64,000 nt of DNA from an uncultured delta proteobacterium (GTDB lineage Bacteria > Myxococcota_A > UBA9160 > SMWR01): the NCBI GenBank assembly GCA_963832165.1, contig CAWHTE010000004.1:192001-256000 (forward strand). Direction: 5' to 3'. The notes below the pieces were generated by a model that was not told the origin of the DNA, made no database searches, and saw only the letters and a list, made by a program, of their open reading frames with translations. How positions within the stretch are numbered: position 1 is the stretch's first letter; each line of letters opens with the position of its first letter. The translations under genes were made by a program, and so were the position numbers. Below, in pieces: positions 57,533-64,000 of the stretch.

Positions 57533-57710
57533 CAGCTGCTCCGCAGGCTGTTATGCGGTACGCAGGACGGCTCGCTTCGCGAGAAGCCTCACCCTTTGGA
57601 TGGGGCGCGAGTGGTTTCGTGGAGAATATTGGACGCGCTGGGCCGACTCCGATTCCCCTTGTGTCGCGGGCGCCGAGCCGCGCATGATCCGGGTCATTGG
57701 AGGGAACCCC

Positions 57711-58316
57711 ATGACGCGAGCGAATGTCATCCGAGTCCTTGCCCTGTCCGCACTCGCACTGGCGTGCAGCACCCCCACGCAGACGCCGCCTCCGCCCCAG
57801 GTGGATACGACGAGTTCGAGTGTTCCAGGTCACGCCACGCGAACGGAGTTGGTCCAGGTGTCCGCGGTCGTGGAGTCGATCGACCACGACACGCGCATGG
57901 TCACCCTGCGCGACTCCGAAGGAAGGCTCGTCACGTTCCGCGTGGGCGAGGCGGTCCGCAACCTGCCGCAGATATCCAGAGGCGACCGGGTCGATGCCGC
58001 CTACTATCGATCTCTCGCGATCGATCTGCACAAGAAGGGTGAGGCGACTCCGAGCGTGTCGTCCTCTTCCGGAGGAAGCCGCGCTGCGGTGGGAGCGACG
58101 CCGGGTGCTGCGGGCGGCGAGACCATCACGATCATCGCCACGATCCGCGCGCTCGATCGCAAGAACCAGACCGCCACGCTCGAGAGCCCGAGCGGCGAGC
58201 TCACGACGATCGCCGTGCCCAATCCCGCGCACTTCGACGTGGCCGAAGTCGGCGACCTCGTCGAGATCAACTACACCGAAGCAGTCGCGATCTCGGTGGA
58301 GAAGTCGACGCGGTGA
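57711..58316 (+). CDS. Hypothetical lipoprotein with two internal beta-rich repeats
   Basis: LALACS lipobox; repeated units AVVESIDHDTRMVTL..GDRV and ATIRALDRKNQTATL..GDLV. Confidence 0.75.
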   Translation: MTRANVIRVLALSALALACSTPTQTPPPPQVDTTSSSVPGHATRTELVQVSAVVESIDHDTRMVTLRDSEGRLVTFRVGEAVRNLPQISRGDRVDAAYYRSLAIDLHKKGEATPSVSSSSGGSRAAVGATPGAAGGETITIIATIRALDRKNQTATLESPSGELTTIAVPNPAHFDVAEVGDLVEINYTEAVAISVEKSTR

Positions 58317-58399
58317 CGAACTAGGGCGCCCTCCGGCACGGTCGCGCGACGAGCGGCGGAGGCGCTGCGCGAGCTCACGAAGCGTGTTCGGTAGGAGCG

Positions 58400-59536
58400 A
58401 TGATCATGAGCACCCAATACGACTACGATCCGGAACTCGAGGATCGGTTGGCTTCCCGGCTGATGGACGTGCTGATCCGAGCCGGGTTGATCCTCGCGAT
58501 GGTGCTGCTGTGCTTCCAGGTGTTCTCGCCGTTCCTGCACCTCATGATCTGGGCGCTGATCCTGGCCGTCACCCTGTATCCGACGCAGTTGTGGCTCGCG
58601 GCCAGGCTCGGGAGACGGCAGGGCCTTGCGGCAACGCTGATCGTGCTGCTCGGGGCGATGGTGGCCGTGGTGCCGACGGCCGCGCTCATGAACTCGCTCG
58701 GCGACTCGGTGCAAGGGCTCATCAAGGGCATCCAGGACAACACGCTCGCGGTGCCGCCTCCGCGAGAGGGCGTCGAGAACTGGCCTCTCGTCGGTGACAA
58801 GCTGCACGCGTTCTGGACCCGGGCCCACACCGACCTGCCGGCACTCGTGCAGAGCATGCAGCCGAAGATCGGCAACCTCGCGAAGGCAGCGCTCGGCTTC
58901 GTGGCCAGCATCGGCGGGGGATTGCTGCAGTTTCTCGGCTCCCTCGTCGTCGCCGGCATCATGATGGCCTTCGGTGAGTCCGGCGCGCGCGGTATCCGGT
59001 CGATCTTCGAGAAGATCATCGCCGGCGGTCGCGGGGGGGAGTTCGCCGACCTGTCGACCGCGACCATCCGTGCGGTCGCCAAGGGCGTGCTCGGCGTCGC
59101 CTTCATCCAGGCGATGATCGTCGGTGTCTGCCTGCTCGTCGCGGGCGTGCCCTGGGCGGGCGTGCTCGCGGTGATCGTGCTCGTGCTCGGCATCGCCCAG
59201 GTGCCGGCCGTACTCGTCACGCTGCCGGCGATCGCGTGGATCTGGTCGAGCGGCAGCTACGGAACCGGCGCGGCCGTCCTCTACACCGTGCTGCTGCTGG
59301 TCGCGGGCATGGCCGACAACGTGCTGAAACCGCTGATGCTAGGCCGTGGCGTGGACGCGCCGATGCCCGTCATTCTCATCGGCGCCCTCGGCGGCATGGC
59401 GACGGCCGGCATCCTCGGCATGTTCGTCGGCGCCACGCTCCTGGCGCTCGGCTACCAGATCTTCATGGGCTGGGTCGCGACCGGCCCGGATGCACCGCGA
59501 TCCGGGTTGGAAGGCGGTACTCCGTCGGCCGGCTGA
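58400..59536 (+). CDS. AI-2E family transporter
   Basis: IWALILAVTLYP, TIRAVAKGVLGVAFIQ, DNVLKPLMLGRG, GMFVGATLL. Confidence 0.9.
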   Translation: MIMSTQYDYDPELEDRLASRLMDVLIRAGLILAMVLLCFQVFSPFLHLMIWALILAVTLYPTQLWLAARLGRRQGLAATLIVLLGAMVAVVPTAALMNSLGDSVQGLIKGIQDNTLAVPPPREGVENWPLVGDKLHAFWTRAHTDLPALVQSMQPKIGNLAKAALGFVASIGGGLLQFLGSLVVAGIMMAFGESGARGIRSIFEKIIAGGRGGEFADLSTATIRAVAKGVLGVAFIQAMIVGVCLLVAGVPWAGVLAVIVLVLGIAQVPAVLVTLPAIAWIWSSGSYGTGAAVLYTVLLLVAGMADNVLKPLMLGRGVDAPMPVILIGALGGMATAGILGMFVGATLLALGYQIFMGWVATGPDAPRSGLEGGTPSAG

Positions 59537-59541
59537 AACGC

Positions 59542-61080
59542 ATGCCGGACGTCTCGCCGAAGCGTTGGCGAAGGCGCGCGCTCGCCGTTCTGCCGCTGCT
59601 CCTCGGCGCGTGCACCGCCGTCGGCCCCGACTTCGCGCGTCCCGGCGTGCCTTGGCTCGAGGACTGGTCGCCCGACGCGCTCCGGGTGGCGCAAGAGGAG
59701 GCGCTCACGCAGAGGCCCGTGCAGGTCGACCAGTGGTGGCGCGAGTTCGGCGATGCGGTGCTCGAGAAGCTCGTGGAGGAGGCGCAGCGTCTCAATCCCG
59801 GCGTACGCACCGCGGGGCTTCGCATCCTCGAGGCGCGCGCGGAGCTCGGGATCGCCGGCAGCAACCTCTACCCTCAAGTGCAGGAGCTCCGCGGCGACGG
59901 CCTGTGGGTCGGGACCGAGCAGAGCGACGGGCCGGATCGGGACTTCTGGACCGGCAGCGCCGGGCTCGACGTCATCTGGGAGCTGGACTTCTGGGGCAAG
60001 TTCCGCCGCGGCATCGAGGCAGCGGATGCCGAGTACTTCGCGAGCATCGCCGAGTACGACGATCTCCAGGTGCTCGTCGCTTCCGAGGCCGCGAGCTTCT
60101 ATGCGAGCATCCGCACCGTCGAGCTGCGCCTCCGCATTGCGCACGAGAACGCCGCGCTGCAGAAGCGCAGCCTCGAGATCACCGAGCGCCTGTTTCACAG
60201 CGGCAACGAGTCCGAGCTCGACCTGCAGCAGGCCCGCACGCTCTACCTGAGCACCCTGGCGACGATCCCCGAGCTCGAGGCCAGCCTGTATCAGACCCAG
60301 AACGCGCTGGCGATCCTGCTCGGACGACCGCCGGGCCCGCTGCCCGAGATGGACACCGGGCGAGAGCACATCCCCGACGCAGATTTCGGAATGATCGCCG
60401 AGCTGCCGGCTCACCTGCTGCGCCGGCGGCCGGACGTGCGCGAGGCCGAGTCGCAGCTGGCCGCGCAGTCGGCCCGGATCGGGGTCAGCAAGGCGGATCT
60501 CTATCCGGCCATCCTGGTCGGCGGCTCGCTCGTTTTCTCGGCGACCTCCCTGATGGGATCGTCATACGCTCTCGACTGGGCGGTCGGCCCCGCCTTCGTC
60601 TGGAACCTCGACTACAACCGGCTCACGAATCAGGTGCTCGTGCAGGACGCGCGCTTCCAGCAGCTCTTCGAGCAGTACCACGACACCGTGCTTCGCGCGG
60701 CCCGGGAGCTGGAGGATGCTGCCATCGGCTTCGCCCAACGCCGCGCGCAGGTCGCGATCCTCGAGGAATCGGTGCAGGCGGCGCGCCGCTCCCTCGACAT
60801 CGCCGACGTGCAATACCGCGAAGGGCTCGTGGACTTCCAGCGGGTGCTCGACTCGCAGCGCGCGCTGTTCAGCCAGCAGGAGCGTCTCGCGACGACACGG
60901 GGAGGTGTCGCGCAGAGCCTGATCGACCTCTACAAAGCGATGGGCGGCGGCTGGCAGCCAGGCCGCTCGATGCCGATCGTCGACGACGAGACTCGCGCCG
61001 AGATGGTCGATCGCAGCCGCTGGAAGCGGCTGCTCGACGCTCCACTCCCGGCCGCCGACGATTCCCAACCGCCTCCGTAG
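59542..61080 (+). CDS. NodT/TolC-family outer-membrane efflux lipoprotein
   Basis: LGACTAVGPDF lipobox, WELDFWG, LLRRRPDVREAE, LYKAMGGGW. Confidence 0.93.
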   Translation: MPDVSPKRWRRRALAVLPLLLGACTAVGPDFARPGVPWLEDWSPDALRVAQEEALTQRPVQVDQWWREFGDAVLEKLVEEAQRLNPGVRTAGLRILEARAELGIAGSNLYPQVQELRGDGLWVGTEQSDGPDRDFWTGSAGLDVIWELDFWGKFRRGIEAADAEYFASIAEYDDLQVLVASEAASFYASIRTVELRLRIAHENAALQKRSLEITERLFHSGNESELDLQQARTLYLSTLATIPELEASLYQTQNALAILLGRPPGPLPEMDTGREHIPDADFGMIAELPAHLLRRRPDVREAESQLAAQSARIGVSKADLYPAILVGGSLVFSATSLMGSSYALDWAVGPAFVWNLDYNRLTNQVLVQDARFQQLFEQYHDTVLRAARELEDAAIGFAQRRAQVAILEESVQAARRSLDIADVQYREGLVDFQRVLDSQRALFSQQERLATTRGGVAQSLIDLYKAMGGGWQPGRSMPIVDDETRAEMVDRSRWKRLLDAPLPAADDSQPPP

Positions 61081-61091
61081 ACGGACACATA

Positions 61092-62213
61092 ATGGACCAA
61101 GACGCCGAATCCTCGCCTGCTCCGCCCGCCGATCCCGCCCCGGGAAGCGGCTCGCGCAAGGGCGCCGCGATCGTCGCTGCGCTGATCCTGATCAGCCTCG
61201 GTCTCTACCTCGTCGGCGACCGGCTGACGCCGTCCACGTCCCAGGCCCGCATCCAGGGATTCGTGGTGGCGGTCGCAGCCGAGGTGGCGGGCAAGGTCGT
61301 GAAGGTTCACATCCGCGACAACGACGAGGTGCAGCCCGGACAGCCCCTCTTCGACATCGATCCCGTGCCGTACCAAATCGCGCTGCAAAGCGCGCAGGCC
61401 GCCTACCACCTTGCGCGCGACACCGTCGAAGCGTCGCATGCGGGCGTCGAGGGCGCGCGCGCCGCGCTGAAGGTGGCTGAAGCCAATCGAGAGATGGCCG
61501 AGCGCGATGCCGACCGCCAGGAACGCCTCCATACCGAAGATCCTGGCGCGATCTCGGTGCGCCGCCTCGAGATCGCGCAGGCCACGCGCCAGGAAGCGCG
61601 CAGCAAGGTTCGCGGAGCCGAGGCCGAGCTGCGCATGGCGCTCGAGGGGGCCGGCGAGACCGGCGAAGGGAATGCGCAGGTCCAGGCCGCGCGTGCGGCC
61701 CTCGACCAGGCGAAGCTCGACCTCACCAACACCCGCGTGGTCGCTTCCGCACGCGGTACGGTCACGGACCTGCAGACCGACGTCGGCCACTTCGTGCAGG
61801 CAGGCGCGCCCGTGATGACGCTCGTCGCCGATCACGACGTGTGGATCACCGCCGACATGACCGAGAACAACCTCGGCCACATCGACGTGGGCGACGAAGC
61901 GGCCATCGTCCTCGACGTCCTGCCCGGCCACGTGCTGAAGGGCCGCGTCCGCAGTATCGGTCGCGGCGTCGACAGCGGGCAGCAGTCGCAGTCCGGGTCG
62001 CTGCCGACGGTGTCGAACGATCGCGACTGGCTGCGCCAGGCGCAACGCATTCCGGTGTCGATCGAGTTCGACGCCGACGAAGACCCGCGGCTCACGGGCG
62101 CACGCGTCGGCGGCCAGGCCGAGGTCCTCGTCTACGCCGGCGACAACCCGATCATGAACGTCCTCGGCGCCATCTACATCCGCATCTCGAGCTGGCTGTC
62201 CTACCTGTATTGA
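61092..62213 (+). CDS. HlyD-family membrane fusion protein
   Basis: N-term TM, VAAEVAGKV, GQPLFDIDP, QAQRIPV. Confidence 0.92.
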   Translation: MDQDAESSPAPPADPAPGSGSRKGAAIVAALILISLGLYLVGDRLTPSTSQARIQGFVVAVAAEVAGKVVKVHIRDNDEVQPGQPLFDIDPVPYQIALQSAQAAYHLARDTVEASHAGVEGARAALKVAEANREMAERDADRQERLHTEDPGAISVRRLEIAQATRQEARSKVRGAEAELRMALEGAGETGEGNAQVQAARAALDQAKLDLTNTRVVASARGTVTDLQTDVGHFVQAGAPVMTLVADHDVWITADMTENNLGHIDVGDEAAIVLDVLPGHVLKGRVRSIGRGVDSGQQSQSGSLPTVSNDRDWLRQAQRIPVSIEFDADEDPRLTGARVGGQAEVLVYAGDNPIMNVLGAIYIRISSWLSYLY

Positions 62214-62222
62214 GGAGAGGTC

Positions 62223-63266
62223 GTGAGCCCGGGCGACAAGGCGACACTGCGACTGGCGATCGGGCTCGGCCTGGCGGTCGTCGTCGCGTACGGGTTTGCC
62301 CTGGCAGTCCCATTCGTCGTCTGTGTGATGTCGGTGATCGTGCTGAGCAGGCCGGGACCTCCAGTCCCGCTGGTGAAGGGCCTCGTCGTCGCGCTCGTCC
62401 TCGGCGGGCTCGTCGCAGTCGGGATCGCGATGGTTCCGCTGCTCGAGTACTACCGGTTCGCGGGCGTGCTGCTGACGGCGGTCGTGCTGCACGCGCTCTT
62501 CTACAGCGGGCTGGTCGGCGGCAATCCGCTCAGCAACGTGTTAGTTCTGTCGTTCGCGGTGATCCCGGTCGCGGGGGTCGCCGAGCAGGCCCTGGTCGGC
62601 GAGCTGAGCGTCGCGCTCGCGGCCGGCGTCGGCATCGGCGTGCTGGTGAGCGCGGTGTCCCACGCCCTGTTCCCGGACTCGCCAGGAGCTGCCGGCGCGA
62701 CCGCCAGGGCGCGGCCGGAGCCGGGGACGGCCGCGTGGATCGCGCTTCGTGCCACGGGGATCGTGATGCCCGTCTTCGTTCTCGCGCTGACCAATCCCTC
62801 GTTCTACCTGGCAGCGGTGCTGAAGACGGTCGCGCTCGGACAGCAGTCCGGCGAGACCGATGCCCGCTCGGCCGGAGCCGAGCTGGTCGGCGCGACGTTG
62901 GCAGGAGCCGCAATCGCAGCGGGAGTCTGGGCCGGCCTGTCGATCTGGCCCGAGCTCTGGATGCTGATGCTGTGGCTGGTCCTGGCGGCGCTCTGGACCG
63001 GGTCGGCCATGTTCGGCGTCCGGCGCACGCGGATGCAGCCCGCCTTCTGGAGCAATGCGCTGGTCACGGCGTTTCTCGTGCTCGGCCCGGCCATCGAGGA
63101 CAGCGCCAGCGGAAAGAGCGTGCTCGAAGGCGCTGTCGTGCGCACAGGCTTGTTCGTGGCGGTCGCCTTCTACGCGTGGGGGATGATCCGCCTGCTCGAA
63201 CGCCGCCGAGCCGGGCATCCCCGGGAGCTCACCGTCCTGCACCGGCAACACGAGGAAACGACATGA
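62223..63266 (+). CDS. DUF2955/FUSC-like inner-membrane protein
   Basis: Multi-TM, LRLAIG start, ALFPD; follows HlyD gene. Confidence 0.7.
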   Translation: MSPGDKATLRLAIGLGLAVVVAYGFALAVPFVVCVMSVIVLSRPGPPVPLVKGLVVALVLGGLVAVGIAMVPLLEYYRFAGVLLTAVVLHALFYSGLVGGNPLSNVLVLSFAVIPVAGVAEQALVGELSVALAAGVGIGVLVSAVSHALFPDSPGAAGATARARPEPGTAAWIALRATGIVMPVFVLALTNPSFYLAAVLKTVALGQQSGETDARSAGAELVGATLAGAAIAAGVWAGLSIWPELWMLMLWLVLAALWTGSAMFGVRRTRMQPAFWSNALVTAFLVLGPAIEDSASGKSVLEGAVVRTGLFVAVAFYAWGMIRLLERRRAGHPRELTVLHRQHEETT

Positions 63267-63733
63267 CACTCCGGAACTTCCTGGTCGGTGTACCGGTCAT
63301 GCTGCTCTGCCTCGTCGTACAGGTCGCCGTCGTGTTCTGGTGCGTTCGATACTGCGCTCGGCGTTCGGCGCAGAACTCGGCCAAACGTCTTCTGCTCGCG
63401 ACGGTCCGGCCGCTGGCCGTCGCGATGCTGGCGATGATGAGCGCCAACCTGCTGCAGATCGCGCTGTGGGGATGTCTCTTCGTCTCGCTCGGCGAGTTCG
63501 AGGACCTCTACGCGGCGATCTACCACTCGGCCGTGAACTTCACGTCGCTCGGGTACGGCGACGTCGTGATGAACCAGGAATGGAAGCTGCTCGGCCCGCT
63601 CGAGGCGGCGAACGGTATCCTCATGATGGCGATGACCGCCGCCGCGCTGACGGCCATCCTGCAGAACGTCATTCGATCTCAGACGGACGCGATCGTCGCG
63701 GGACGGCATCGGGGTCGCGATCCCCGCAACTGA
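63263..63733 (+). CDS. Small potassium-channel-family (pore-loop) protein
   Basis: IYHSAVNFTSLGYGD selectivity filter, LGPLEAANG; ATGA overlap with upstream gene. Confidence 0.88.
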   Translation: MTLRNFLVGVPVMLLCLVVQVAVVFWCVRYCARRSAQNSAKRLLLATVRPLAVAMLAMMSANLLQIALWGCLFVSLGEFEDLYAAIYHSAVNFTSLGYGDVVMNQEWKLLGPLEAANGILMMAMTAAALTAILQNVIRSQTDAIVAGRHRGRDPRN

Positions 63734-63792
63734 GCGATGGCGCCATGCGCGGGGAGTTCCTCTTCACATCCGATGAGCCTGCCCGATAGCCC

Positions 63793-64000
63793 CTACTTCC
63801 CGACCGCCTCTTTCGCGACGTCTTCGTAGTTGCCGATCAGGTTGCTCGCGACCATCCCCGACACGAGCCAGCCCGGCAGCGAGCCGCCCAGATCGATGTA
63901 GGTCTCCATCGTGACCCTCGACCGGTTCGCGCCATCCGGGACGAACTCCCAGAATCCGCCGGTGTTCGTGAGTCTGAGGAAGTCCTTCTGTGGCGGCACG
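63793..64000 (-). CDS. START/SRPBCC-domain protein (C-terminal part only; runs off window)
   Basis: GFWEFVP..SRVTMETYIDLGGSLPGWLV typical START C-terminus. Confidence 0.7.
   Translation of the reverse strand, partial: VPPQKDFLRLTNTGGFWEFVPDGANRSRVTMETYIDLGGSLPGWLVSGMVASNLIGNYEDVAKEAVGK

Overview
High-GC bacterial chromosome segment. Gene order, PEP-CTERM proteins, OmpA/TolC/DUF481 envelope proteins and a Bd0055-like histone fold suggest a diderm, probably Myxococcota/deltaproteobacterial organism (inference). Most of the window is housekeeping: tig-clpP-clpX-lon, rarA, nadK-recN, secA-argJ, rpsB-tsf-pyrH-frr-uppS-dxr-rseP-tsaB, ilvC-pssA-leuA-leuB-asd-like-truA, rplM-rpsI-argC, pyrG, plus six tRNAs. 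Many single-base frameshifts, including in clpP, clpX, nadK and murJ, look like read/assembly indels. Most notable: (1) a class D-like sortase directly downstream of an 83-aa protein that has both an N-terminal lipobox and a C-terminal LPKTG signal separated only by a Pro-rich rod, a candidate sortase-dependent membrane-to-peptidoglycan tether; (2) a zinc-finger/bacterial-histone fusion; (3) an XRE repressor-TIR (ThsB-like) pair with a palindromic operator and no effector; (4) two integrase-free single-gene islets each bounded by a duplicated tRNA 3' end; (5) trigger factor with a 15-His N-terminal extension; (6) an Asd paralogue lacking both catalytic residues; (7) a 69-bp in-frame repeat-like insertion in the oxoprolinase gene. 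All protein calls come from motif recognition, not database searches.
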